Source: Malacoraja senta (Eukaryota). From it: a stretch of DNA of 64,000 bases. The stretch is taken from positions 18,540,001 through 18,604,000 of the forward strand of contig CM075988.1 in the NCBI GenBank assembly GCA_038087875.1. The letters are read 5' to 3'. Positions 1-12,055 of the stretch are shown here, one piece after another. The first letter of the stretch is position 1. Every line of letters starts with the position of its first letter. The position numbers were made by a program, and so were the translations under genes. The notes under the pieces were generated by a model that worked only from the letters and a program-made list of their open reading frames with translations, did no database searches and was not told the DNA's origin.

Positions 1-410
1 CAGGCAATGATGGTCCAGTTGGCTGCAACCTTCCCCCCATCGATGAACTCTACACTGCCAGGGCCAGGAAGCGAGCGGGTAAGATCATCTCTGACCCCTC
101 TCACCCTGGCCACAAACTCTTTGAATCACTTCCCTCTGGAAGGCAACTCCGGATTGTCAAAGCCGCCACAGCCAGACATAAAAACAGTTTTTATCCACGA
201 GTAGTAGCTCTACTCAACAACCAAAAGTCTGTAGCCTCCTTGTGCTCTGGCATTTTATTTCATTCTTCACATGTTTAAATTATAATGTGTTATTCTTAAT
301 TATTTACAGTATATCGTGTTGTTACTTGCGAGCAAAGCACCAAGGCAAATTCCTTGTATGTGTACACACTTGGCTAATAAAATGTATTCAATTCATTTCA
401 ATTCAATTTG
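1..410 (+). mobile_element. Rex1/Babar-clade LINE 3' fragment (RT C-terminus, 3'UTR, AATAAA, (ATTCA)n tail)
   Basis: Translates as VGCNLPPIDELYTARARKRAGKIISDPSHPGHKLFESLPSGRQLR...HKNSFYP, the same C-terminal motif as the other Rex1-like copies in the window; microsatellite tail at ~385-410. Confidence 0.8.
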
Positions 411-688
411 TATACACACCAGACCCATCCACAACATGATGCCAATTATACCAATGTAAACATTAACAGACAGGTCAGAGTCTACCTGGCAACAGCACAG
501 AAATGTGCATTGCACTTCGCTTCTACGCTGTTGTTAAATCGAGTTTTTACTTGCTCATGTTCGATCAATGATTATGTGCTTGTGTAGGCTTTGGTGTTAA
601 TAGAATTGGTCCGTGGAGACTGGTAATGAAATATAAGCAAATTAGCTTTAATATTGCAGGCTATGGTGGAGCGAAGGATGGAGTAAAG

Positions 689-878
689 CAGTTCTTAACC
701 TGCGGGTCGGGACCCCCATAGGGAGGGTCATTTGGGGCTTTACCGGGGACATGAGGGGGTCATAAATAACATATCAATTTGTTGAGCCCATTTTTAGGAA
801 CCTAACAAAGGTACATACCACATACAGTATTTGGTTCGCCTATGCGCGTACATATGCCAAAAAGGTTAAGAACTACTG
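689..878. mobile_element. hAT-type MITE
   Basis: TIRs CAG(---)TTCTTAACCT / AGGTTAAGAACTACTG. 8-bp TSD GAGTAAAG at 681-688; the right copy starts at 879 and is split by the next element. Confidence 0.8.
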
Positions 879-884
879 GAGTAA

Positions 885-1456
885 AGGGGCTGTCCCACTT
901 GGGCGACCTAATTGGCGAGTTAGAAGAGTTTGAAAAAATGACATGTTGAAGACCTCCTTCGACTATGTAGGAGACCTCCTTCGACCTTCTTCGACTATGT
1001 TGAAGACCAGCTTCGACTAGCTACGACTAGCTGCGGGAAAATTGGACACCGAATAGTGGAGAGTGAAGACGACCTCCTTCGATCTCCTTCGACCTCCCTT
1101 TGACCTCCCTTCGACTACGATGAAGACTATCTACGACTACCTTTGACTACCCTCGATTACCTACGACTAACATGCCGACCTACTACGACCTACTACTACC
1201 TACTACGACTAAACCTACGAGTAAAAAAAGTAGCGATTTTATCCATGGTGACCATGTTTTACTCGCGGGCATTTTTTAACATATTGAAAAAAACGCCGCG
1301 ACCTAGCTGAGGCCTTGAGTACGCGGAGACCACTCTCGAGCATGAAGGAGAGTTACGAAGACCTCCTACGACCTCGTGTCGACCATGCTGCGAGTATGAG
1401 TCGAGGGCAAACTCGCCAGAACTCGCGGATTAGGTCACCCAAGTGGGACAGGCCCT
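885..1456. mobile_element. PIF/Harbinger-type MITE, family 1
   Basis: ~28-bp TIRs AGGGGCTGTCCCACTTGGGCGACCTAAT / ATTAGGTCACCCAAGTGGGACAGGCCCT; TAA TSD on both sides; second copy, inverted, at 31123-31685. Confidence 0.88.
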
Positions 1457-1719
1457 TAAAGGGTTTATAAAGGGCTGTTCAACTCGGTACATTATTTGTA
1501 TGAACTGTTGGAGGAGGTTTACAAGCCTCTGCCACTTTAAACGACCTGCTGCAAAAGCAGATTTCAGATTTACCTTCTACCCCCTCCCGCCGGCCTTGAT
1601 TTTGTACTTCAAAGGAGAAAGCACAGCTCTCCAGCAACAGCAGAACCAGTGGGGAAATGGATGTGACGGGACCCTTGGTGGTGACCCTCCTGGTGGCCAT
1701 TACTCCCGAATGTCTGATC

Positions 1720-1922
1720 ATCGTTATCTCTTCATTGATACCTTTTGGCATGTTTTTCATTCATTAGTTTCATATCTCTCTATATCACCATCTATATCTC
1801 ACGTTGCCCTTTCCCCTGACTCTCAGTCTGAGGAAGGATCTAGACCCAAAACGCCACCTGTTCCTTTTCTCCAGAGATGCTGCCTGACCCGCAGAGTTAC
1901 TCCAGCTCTTTGTGTCTATCTC
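1720..1922 (+). mobile_element. Penelope-like element terminal fragment with degenerate hammerhead motif
   Basis: cagtCTGAGGAAGGATCTAGACCCAAAACGCCacc followed by the ...gatgctgcctgacccgcagagttactccagc unit shared with many other copies. Confidence 0.7.
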
Positions 1923-2289
1923 TTGTTGACTCTTGTCAGCCGTGAGCCTTGTGAGGTCGAACCTCTCTTGTTGCCAGTTTTATGCTTTATTCCTATAATT
2001 AGGTCCTCAGACCTGTGAACAAAAATCTTTAGCCCATTTACAAAATCAATATCATGTCCCAGTGTGTACTTTATCCTTGTAAACAGGAATACTTATCATT
2101 GGATCAAATTACCTATATGGCCTTCAGTGACTACAATATACATATTCATGTTCATGTTCATCTTTACCTTGAACATCCGCATAACTCTCATTCCACTCTG
2201 CTGATCACTTCTACCCCACTCCCCAGCAGAACTTACACTGCTCTCCAGAGCAGAGCCTGTAGATCTCCCTAAACCCATTTAGAATACTG

Positions 2290-2985
2290 GAGTCATTCAG
2301 CGCAGGCACAGGCCCTTCAGCCTATCCCATCCATGCCAGTGCCTCATCTAAGCTAATCACAATTGCCCACGATTGTCCCATATCCCTCTAAACCTTTCCT
2401 ATCCACGCACCTGTCCAAATGCCTTTCAAGTTTTATTGTTGCAACTGCCTGAGCTACTTCCTCTGGCAGCCCGTTCCATAAACCCACCACCCTCTGCGCG
2501 GAAATTGTTGCCACTCATTTTAGTTAGGTTCAGTTTAAGGTTTAGCGATACAGCGTTGGAAACAGGCCCTTTGGCCCACCGAGTCCGTGCCGACCAGCGA
2601 TCCCCGAACACGTACACTATCCTCCGCACACTGGTGACAATTCACAATTATACCAAAGCCAATTAACCTACAAACCTGTACGTCTTTGGAGAGTGGGAGG
2701 AAACTGCAGATCCCGGAGAAAAGCCACGCAGGTCAAGGGGAGAATGTACAGACTCCATACAGACAAGCTCCCGTAGTCAGGATGGAACCAGTGTCTCTGG
2801 CGCTGTGAGGCAGCAACTCTACCGCTGCACCACCATGCCGAGCTCAGCTCCTATTAAATCTTTCCCTTCTCACCTTCAACCTATGTCCTCTGGTTCTTGA
2901 TTCCCTGACCCTGGGTAAAAGTCTGTGCATTCACACTATCTATTCTCCTCATGATTCTGTACACCACTGTAAGGTTACCCCTCAC
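2290..2985 (-). mobile_element. CR1/HER1 LINE 3' fragment interrupted by an HE1 SINE
   Basis: Matches the reverse complement of CR1 ORF2 C-terminus/3'UTR seen in the long copies; resumes after the SINE at ~2841. Confidence 0.7.
2519..2840 (-). mobile_element. HE1-type tRNA-derived V-SINE
   Basis: tRNA-like head with A/B boxes, V-domain, CR1-like tail and degenerate (CTAAA)n on the minus strand. Confidence 0.85.
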
Positions 2986-3014
2986 CCCCCCACGAATATG
3001 ATTTGTATACAGTT

Positions 3015-3126
3015 TTGTAGTCAATGCCTACTATGTTCTGTTGTGCTGAAGCAAAGCAAGAATTTCATTGTCCTATCAGGGACACATGACAATAAACTCA
3101 CTTGAATCTTCAATCTTGAATCTTGA
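3015..3126 (+). mobile_element. Rex1/Babar 3' tail fragment
   Basis: Near-identical to 10558-10660 (gtagtcaatgcctactatg...atgacaataaactcacttgaa). Confidence 0.75.
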
Positions 3127-4674
3127 TAACTACGGGTTGGTAAAAAAATAATTTGACATTGTTTATAATATATAGTGCTGTCTATATTTATACCCAGTTA
3201 CAAATACTGCAGTTGCATTTTCTCTGTTCAGTCTCAAACCCACACTGAAACTTTGTAGAATGTTCCCCTTTAATAATAAGCCATGTTGCTGCACATGTAC
3301 TTATATCTCGCTCGATGACTATAAACATTTATTAAATATACAACATTGAACGGGAGAATGCTGTTCAGCTCCTTGAGCCTCTTCTGTCATTCTGTTCCAG
3401 TGCAGCTGATCTGTGCCTCATTTATTTGACTTTGCTCTTACCTATTGATCTCAGTATTAAAAATTTCAATTGAAACAGCATCAAAGGCCCTTTGCAGGCG
3501 AGAGCCTGATATTTCCATTACCTTTCATGTAAGAAAGTGCCTACTGATTTCACTTCAGAATCGCCAACCTCTGATGTTCAGATTATGTCTCAGTCTTGAC
3601 TTCTTCATATGAGGAAATAGTTTCCATGCATCCACCCTACCCAATTAACCATCTTGATAAGATCGAACATGAAAAAGACAGGCAGATGCAGGGATGCAGC
3701 ACTTTGAGCCTGTTTCCCGACTTGACAAATTGTGGTTAATATTCTTCCTCACCTCCATCCCCCTCCTTATCATCACATCTCTTTAATGTTAATAACCGAC
3801 CGCAACTTTAAGGAGGTGTGGAATTACACACTAAAACGTATGAATTATTCGCAGGAGGAGGCCACTCAGCCCAGAGTCAGGATGGAACCAGGGTCTCTGG
3901 CGCTGTGAGGCAGCAACTCCACCACTGCGCCACCATGCCTGTACCTCGTTGCACTTGTGCATATGACAATAAACTCAACTTGACTTGAAGAACACTTTTT
4001 ATCACTCTTTCCCAGTTCTGACAAAGAGTCTGCAACCTGAAACATTCACAGTGTTTCTATCTCCACACAGACGCTGCCTGACCCACTGAGTGTTTGAGTA
4101 TTCTTTGCTTTGAAGACCTAGTTTGTGTTTAGCCTAATCTACGATGAACATGACCTGACTGAAGCCGTTGTATCTCCGCTAGATGGTAATCTCGAGATCT
4201 GATGCTGGTACAGTAGATGCTGTAATCCTGGACCATTTCTTCTCCATTGTCGTCAGAACCCTTTCCAAACAACTAAAGTAGATTTTGAATGGAGCTCTGC
4301 TGTTGACTGGTGAATCATAAAAAGAAAATATATAAATCACAGCATCTGATAGTGATCAGATCCAGGTTGTGAGAACATGTTTGTGGTCGGTGAGGTGGGA
4401 GAAAATGAGGTTCAGCTGCGATTCCCGGTGGAGAAGTAACTTGTCCACATTCCTCCTGTGTGAGTCATGGACCAGCAGCTCAAGTAGCGACATAAATCAC
4501 AGGCGCACTAATGAACACATGCAACTGCATTGTACAGAGGGGCTTAGTCTTAAGGAGAGGAAGGGAGAAGAACTCTTCTTCAGTGCCAAGAAGTCTCAGA
4601 GTAAAAAAACGAACCTAATACACGACGAGGGATTAAAGTATAATCAAGAGTCAGAGGACTCAAGAGTGTTTAAT

Positions 4675-5367
4675 ATTTAAAGGGCCTGTCCCACTTGGCC
4701 GTCATTTGCGCCTCATTTACGCGTCATATGTAAATTAGGTCGACGCGTCGTCATGGGCGACGTCGCGCGCAAATCACGCGTCAGCACAGCCGTCTGGTGC
4801 ACGTGACGTCATTAGAATACATTGCGGCACGCAGCGACACATGGTTACGGACGTCGACGCACGGTGACATAACCATGCGTCACCACGCGATACACGTGAG
4901 ACGTCGGGACGCCAGCGTGCGACGCCAATGCATCAGCATACGTAGCCAATGCGTCAGCGTGCGTACGCAATACGTTAGACAGGTGGCGCGCGAGGATTTC
5001 GTTACACTACGAAATCCTGGAGCGCCGTGCGATACCGCGCACCACCGCATGCAATTCCACGCCTCACCACGCGCGATGCGTGCGTCACCCACGCGCACCC
5101 CACACGTCACGACGCGTCGACCTATTTTACATATGATGCGTAAATGAGGCATAAATGACGGCCAGGTGGGACGGGCCCTTAAGGAAGAACTGCAGATGCT
5201 GGAAAAATCCAAAGGTAGACAAAAATGTTGGAGAAACTCAGCGGGTGAGGCAGCATCCAAGGAGCGAAGGAATAGGCGATGTTTTGGGTCGAGACCCGAA
5301 ACGTTGCCTATTCCATTCCATAGATGCTGCCTCACCCGCTGAGTTTCTCCAGCATTTTTGTCTACCT
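4675..5367. mobile_element. Palindromic Penelope-derived element containing a nested MITE
   Basis: 15-bp TSD TCAAGAGTGTTTAAT at 4660-4674 and 5368-5382; inverted arms centred at ~5285-5300. Confidence 0.8.
4681..5179. mobile_element. PIF/Harbinger-type MITE, family 2 (CpG-rich)
   Basis: ~70-bp imperfect TIRs starting AGGGCCTGTCCCACTTGGCCGTCATTT; TAA TSD at 4678-4680 and 5180-5182. Confidence 0.88.
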
Positions 5368-5387
5368 TCAAGAGTGTTTAATGGTCT

Positions 5388-5665
5388 TTTTAGTTTAGAG
5401 CCCACCATGTCCACGCCGACCAGCGATCCCCGTCCACTGGCAGTGTCCTACACATTAGGGACAATTTGTGATCTTTACCAAAGCCCATTAACCTACGAAC
5501 GTGTACATCTTTGAAGTGTGGGAGGGAACTGGAGCACCCGGGGGAAACCCACACAGTCACAGGGAGAACATGCAAACTCTGTTTAAAAAGCACCCATAGT
5601 CAGGATGGAACCCGGGTCTCTGGCAATATAAGGCAGCAGCTCTACCGCTGTCCTACCGTGCTGCT
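5388..5665 (-). mobile_element. HE1-type V-SINE
   Basis: Head, V-domain and tail homologous to the other copies. Confidence 0.8.
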
Positions 5666-6539
5666 GGGTTTAATTGTCATATGTCTCGACAACAGAAGAA
5701 TGAAATTCTTACTTGCTGCAGCTTAACAGGTCCGAAAACGCAATAACACGGAGAAACAAGCAATCACCAAAAATACACTCAATTAAAAACGCTGATATTA
5801 ATTCACCATGATAGCGCAAAAAATAATGTCCTTAGTGCAACCAACAACACAGTGCATAGAAGTTCACAGTTGCTGTGGAGTGTTCAAGAGCCTGATGGTC
5901 GCTGGGAAGAAGCAGTTCTTCAACCTGGAGGTCACGGTTTTCAGGCTCCTGTACCTTCTTCCCGATGGTAGCAGTGAGATGAGAGCATGGCCAGGGTGGT
6001 GTGGGCCTCTGATGATATTGGCTGCCTTTTTGGGGGGGGCAGCACCTCCTGTAGATCCCTTTGATGGTGGGGAGGTCAGTACCTGTGATGGACCGGGCAG
6101 TGTCCACCACTCTCTGTTTCCTTCACTCCTGGGCATTCGAGTTGCAGATCCAGGGCATGACGTAACCAGTCAGTGTGTGGTCTACCAGACATGACAATGT
6201 GAAACTGGTTATGAGAAATTCATAAAGAGGGATCAGTATATAGGTAAAGACCACTTCATATAAATCCTGAATAGTTTTGCAAGGGCTAATTCTGTTTGGA
6301 ATAGCTTCATGGAAAGTAGAATGAAACAAATCAATATAAACAATGTAGGCAGGGACTGCAGATGCTGGTTTACACCAAAGATAGACACAAAATGCTGGAG
6401 TAACTCAGCGAGACAGGCAGCATCTCTGGAGAGAAGGAATACTGTAGGTGACTTTTGGGTCGAGAATTTGATGAAGGGTCTCGACCCGAAACATCACCCA
6501 TTCCTTCTCTCCAGAGATGCTGCCTGCCTTGCTGAGTTA

Positions 6540-8864
6540 AAGCCCTGTCCCATGGTACGAGTTCATTCCAAGAGCTCTCCCGAGTTTGCCCTGATTCAAA
6601 CTTGGAGATTTACGGTAATGGCCACTCGTCGGTACTCGTGGCTCTCGTGGACATATTTCAACATGTTGAAAAATCTTCATGAGCCTTCCCGTGCTTACCT
6701 GCCGTTAGCGAGTCTTCCCGAGTACCTGCCGTTAGCGTTACATAGAAAATAGGTGCAGGAGTAGGCCATTCGGCCCTTCGAGCCTGCACCGCCATTCAAT
6801 ATGATCATGGCTGATCATCCAACTCAGTATCCCGTACCTGCCTTCTCTCCATACCCCCTGATCCCTTTAGCCACAAGGGCCACATCTAACTCCCTCTTAA
6901 ATATAGCCAATGAACTGGCCTCAACTACCCTCTGTGGCAGAGAGTTCCAGAGATTCACCACTCTCTGTGTGAAAAAGTTTTTCCTCATCTCGGTCTTAAA
7001 GGATTTCCCCCTTATCCTTAAGCTGTGACCCCTTGTCCTGGACTTCCCCAACATCGGGAACAATCTTCCTGCATCTAGCCTGTCCAATCCCATAAGAATT
7101 TTGTACGTTTCTATAAGATCCCCTCTCAATCTCCTAAATACTAGCGAGTATAAGCCAAGTCTATCCAGTCTTTCTTCATATGAAAGTCCTGACATCCCAG
7201 GAATCAGTCTGGTGAACCTTCTCAGCACTCCCTCTATGGCTATAATGTCCTTCCTCAGATTTGGAGACCAAAACTGTACGCAATACTCCAGGTGTGGTCT
7301 CACCAAGACCCTGTACAACTGCAGTAGAACCTCCCTGCTCCTATACTCAAATCATTTTGCTATGAAAGCTAACATACCATTCGCTTTCTTCACTGCCTGC
7401 TGCACCTGCATGCCTACTTTCAATGACTGGTGTACCATGACACCTAGGTCTCGCTGCATCTCCCCATTTCCTAATCGGCCACCATTAAGATAATAGTCTG
7501 CTTTCCTGTTTTTGCCACCAAAGTGGATAACCTCACATTTATCCACATTATACTGCATCTGCCAAACATTTGCCCACTCACCCAGCCTATCCAAGTCACC
7601 TTGCAGTCTCCTAGCATCCTCCTCACAGCTAACACTGCCCCCCAGCTTAGTGTCATCCGCAAACTTGGAGATGTTGCCTTCAATTCCCTCATCCAGATCA
7701 TTAATATAAATTGTAAATAGCTGGGGTCCCAGCACTGAGCCTTGCGGTACCCCACTAGTCACTGCCTGCCATTGTGAAAAGGACCCGTTTACTCCTACTC
7801 TTTGCTTCCTGTTTGCCAGCCAGTTCTCTATCCACATCAATACTGAACCCCCAATACCGTGTGCTTTAAGTTTGTATACTAATCTCTTATGTGGTACCTT
7901 GTCGAAAGCCTTCTGAAAGTCCAGATACAACACATCCACTGGTTCTCCCCTATCCACTCTACTAGTTACATCCTCGAAAAATTCTATAAGATTCGTCAGA
8001 CATGATTTACCTTTTGTAAATCCATGCTGACTTTGTCCAATGATTTCACCACTTTCCAAATGTGCTGCTATCCCATCTTTAATAAGTGACTCTAGCAGTT
8101 TCCCCACTACCGATGTTAGACTAACTGGTCTGTAATTCCCCCGTTTTCTCTCTCCCTCCCTTCTTAAAAAGTGGGGTTACGTTTGCTACCCTCCAATTCC
8201 TCAGGAACTACACCAGAATCTAAAGAGTTTTGCAAAAATTATCACTAATGCATCCACTATTTCTGGAGCTACTTCCTTAAGTACTCTGGGATGTAGCCTA
8301 TCTGGCCCTGGTGATTTATCGGCCTTTATCCATTCAATCTACCCAACACCACTTCCCGACTAACCTGGATTTCACTCAGTTCCTCCATCTCCTTTGACCC
8401 GCGGCCCCCTGCTATTTCCGGCAGATTATTTATGTCTTCCTTAGTGAAGACGGAACCAAAGTAGTTATTCAATTGTCCGCCATATCCTTGTTCCCCATGA
8501 TCAATTCACCTGTTTCTGACTGCAAGGGACCTACATTTGTTTTAACTAATCTCTTTCTCTTCACATATCTATAAAAACTTTTGCATCAGTGTTTTATGTT
8601 CCCTGCCAGTTTCCTTTCATAATCTATTTTCCCTTTCCTAATTAAGCCCTTTGTCCTCCTCTGCTGGTCCGCTAAGAGCCGCTAAGAGACGTCCCCGTTA
8701 CGTTCATTACGTATGAGCCGGTTAAGAGCCGGTTACAAGCTGCTAAGAGACGTCCCCGAGCTCCGATGTACCCGCTACGTTCATTCTCCGTGCTCACCAC
8801 CAGTTTGAATTATTTTAAACTCGGGAGAGCTCTTGGAATGAACTCGTAGCGTGGGACAGGGCTA
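6540..8864. mobile_element. PIF/Harbinger-type MITE, family 3 (contains a CR1 insertion)
   Basis: TIRs AAGCCCTGTCCCATGGTACGAGTTCATTCCAAGAGCTCTCCCGAGTTT / ...AACTCGTAGCGTGGGACAGGGCTA; TTA TSD; uninterrupted copy at 25137-25466. Confidence 0.88.
6741..8668 (-). mobile_element. CR1 LINE, 5'-truncated; RT domain with one in-frame stop and 5' indels
   Basis: ORFs 7352-8107 and 6824-7318 are in one frame (QHGF, YLDFQKAFDKV, GVPQGSVLGP, FADD, RGH motifs), separated by a TGA. Confidence 0.93.
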
Positions 8865-9361
8865 TTACTCCAGCATTTTGTGTCTATCTCCAATATAAAC
8901 CTAGGCTGTGTACTGTACTATCTTTACGATGCGAACAAATGACAAAACATCAGAGACTTTGTCATCCGGTGTGTGAGGATGATAAAGCACAACATCTAAT
9001 GTACAGTTTATAAATAGTGCAGCAGAAGAAACAGTTCAGCACAGCACAAACATATTAATAAAATATGCCACAGTCACTGGCCTTATTTTGGATTTGCGAT
9101 GGTTGCCGGATAGTATCTGCTGTTTCAGATTTGTGTTCTCCCAACATTTGTATGTTCTCACTGGAAAAGCATTCTCATCTGTGATCCTTTGTGTGAATGC
9201 CATCCGCTCGTGCAGATCACAGCTGTGGAACATAACAGTGCAGTTCCAAGGGTTTTCCATTGAGTTATCCCATTAGTCCCAGTCCCCACTCGTTCCTGGG
9301 GCTCGGCAAATGTTGTTGATTTTTGCAGGAGTCTCTGAACAGAAAGGCTTGCATTTGTACA

Positions 9362-10660
9362 TTTTTGAGAGGTTGATCATGATGCATTTCAACTCCTACC
9401 TCGACAAAAACCTGGACCCACTGCAGTTTGCTTACCGCCACAACAGATCAACGGTGGATGCGATCTCGCTAGCCCTCCACTCCGCTCTGGACCACTTGGA
9501 CAACAAAAACTCATATGTCAGGTTGTTATTCATCGATTACAGCTCGGCATTTAATACAATCATCCCCTCCAAGCTGGTTACCAAACTCCCAGAACTGGGT
9601 CTCTGCGCATCCCTCTGCAATTGGATCCTCGACTTCCTCACTCTCAGACCACAGTCTGTTCGTATTGGTGGAAATGTGTCAGACTCGATAACAATCAGCA
9701 CGGGAGCACCTCAAGGCTGCGTGCTCAGCCCCCTGCTGTACTCACTCTATACTCATGACTGCGTAGCCGACATAGTGCGAACTCCATCATCAAGTTCGCT
9801 GACGACACCACTGTTGTGGACGTATCACTGATGGGGATGTCAGAGTATAGAAGAGAGATCGAGCAACTGTCCATATGGTGCCAGCACAATAACCTGGCCC
9901 TCAACACCAGCAAAACCAAGGAACTGATTGTGGACTTTGGAAGGAGTAGGATGGGAACCCACAGTCCCGTTTATATCAACGGGTCGATGGTTGAAAGGGT
10001 CAGAGCTTCAAATTCCTGGGCGTGCACATCTCTGAAGATCTTTCGTGGTCCGAGAACACTGATGCCATTATTAAGAAAGCACATCAGCGCCTCTACTTCC
10101 TGAGAAGATTACGGAGAGTCGTTTGTCAAGGAGGACTCTCTCTAACTTCTACAGGTGCACAGTAGAGAGCATGCTGACCGGTTGCATCGTGGCTTGGTTC
10201 GGCAACTTGAGACCCCTGGAGAGGAAAAGACTACAAAAAGTAGTAAACACTGCCCAGTCCATCATCGGCTCTGACCTCCTTCCATCGAGGGGATCTACCA
10301 CAGTCGCTGCCTCAAAAAGGCTGGCAGTATCATCAAGGACCCACACCATCTTGGCCACACACTCATCTCCCTACTACCTTCAGGTAGAAGGTACAGGAGC
10401 CTGAAGACTGCAACGACCAGGTTCAGGAATAGCTACTTCCCCACAGCCATCAGGCTATTAAACCTGGCTCGGACATAACACTGAACTTTATTAGCCAATA
10501 CTGTTATTTGCACTTTATCAGTATATTGACCATTGTGTATATATTTATAGAATGCCTTGTAGTCAATGCCTACTATGTTCTGTTGTGCTGAAGCAAAGCA
10601 AGAATTTCATTGTCCTATCAGGGACACATGACAATAAACTCACTTGAACTTGAACTTGAA
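9362..10660 (+). mobile_element. Rex1/Babar LINE, 5'-truncated, frameshifted RT
   Basis: [53 protein letters not shown] motifs; tail AATAAA + (CTTGAA)n. Confidence 0.92.
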
Positions 10661-10819
10661 GAGCGTTTACTTGAAATATTTGCTGGTAACGGAGCAATGA
10701 AATACGCACTTGCTGCAGATTAACATGCATGTTCATGTAATAATGTGCTGAATTCAAATATAATGATCATAACACAATACAATTAATAACTTGGTAACCA
10801 TAATAGTGCAAAGGCCTAA

Positions 10820-11550
10820 TGTGTAGGAATGAGCTGCAGATGCTGGTTTATGCTGAAGATAGACATAAAATGCTGGAGTAACTCCACGGGTCAGGTAGCA
10901 TCTTTGAAGAAAAGGAATATGAAATGAATTGAATTGAATACTTTATTTTCACATGTGACAAGTTACAGTGAAATTCTGTGCTTGCATTCCTTGCCAAGGT
11001 ATGCAAATAGTCACCCATAAAGGGCACTTACAAAGTTACAAATACCCACCACCCCCCTCCCGTGCCACATCCCTCTTTGTTCTTCCCTCCTTCCCCCCTC
11101 CTTGACAGTGGTCCCCGCACGCTATGTTTATGTTTAAATTGTCCCTAATGGGTGTAGGATAGTGTTAGCATGCTGGGATCGCTGGTCGGTGCGGACTCAG
11201 TGGGCCGAAGGCCTGTTTCCGTGCTGCATCTCGAAACTAAACTAAACTAAGGTAGACACAACCTGCTGGAGTAACTCAGCGGGACAGGCCAGCATCTCCT
11301 GAGAGAAGGAATGGATGATGTTTGGTGTCGGGAACCTTCTTCAGACTCCACGGGTTTGTGTCTACTTTCGATTTAAACCCCCATCTGCAGTTCTTTCCTA
11401 AACTAAACTAAGCCCAGGTTTGATCCTGACCTCGGGGTTTGTAGGGAGTGGATGCGAAAGTGGGATAAACATAGAACAAGTGTGCATGGGTGATCGATGG
11501 TCAGCGTGGACTCTGGGGGCTGAAGGCAGCTAGGTTTCAGGCGTCTGAAA
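10820..11550. repeat. Cluster of PLE fragments (10820-10920, 11251-11401), a Rex1 tail (-) and SINE fragments
   Basis: Local similarity to the family sequences elsewhere in the window. Confidence 0.6.
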
Positions 11551-12055
11551 CTCCGGAATAACATGCTCTCTTTCCTTATCCCATTGTTACACAGCGTTGC
11601 TCCTGCAGCACTCTGCACCTTGCACAGTCCTTGATTTATGTTGCTGTCCAAATGACATTAAACTAAATTTTGGTGTGTGCAATGACATTCATCTTAATGT
11701 TTAAACAATAACATTTCAGAACTGTGTGTTATTCTGTAAAAGAATTGGCTGGGATTCAGTGAGAACATTATTGAAAAGAATTATTAAGGAAGAACAACCT
11801 CCTTATTCCAAATTCAATTACATGTTCTTGTTTGCTTTCTTATCAATGTCCGTTTTATTTAATCTCACTTTTTGCTATCACTGGATTTTTACACCAGACA
11901 TCTCTATCGCGGCACCAAGTAATATTGACATAATTTATGTCAGTACAAGATGGACTGTGCTGTAATGAGTGATCGAGGTTTCACATTGCCTCCTCATCAC
12001 TATTCCCATTAACAGTACAGTCACTGCATGCATCCTACTGTGTGACCTGATTGTT

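Larger units (their letters stand above)
4640..6120 (-). mobile_element. Rex1/Babar LINE 3' fragment hosting three nested insertions
   Basis: Minus-strand ORFs give ...KKAANIIRGPHHPGHALISLLPSGRRYRSLKTVTSRLKNCFFP; the tail is interrupted by a PLE, a MITE and a SINE. Confidence 0.75.
6343..8891. mobile_element. Palindromic Penelope-derived element split by a MITE and LINE insertion
   Basis: Consensus gctgagTTActccagc is split at 6539/8865; arms at 6343-6539 and 8865-8891. Confidence 0.8.

Noticed and set aside
945..1225. CRISPR-like repeat array
   Set aside because: 7-nt degenerate repeats without unique spacers, inside a TIR/TSD-bounded MITE in vertebrate DNA.
1443..2018. 191-aa ORF
   Set aside because: Chimera of MITE end, unique DNA and PLE repeat.
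4369..4680. 103-aa ORF and its antisense frame
   Set aside because: No recognisable homology; runs into a repeat tail.
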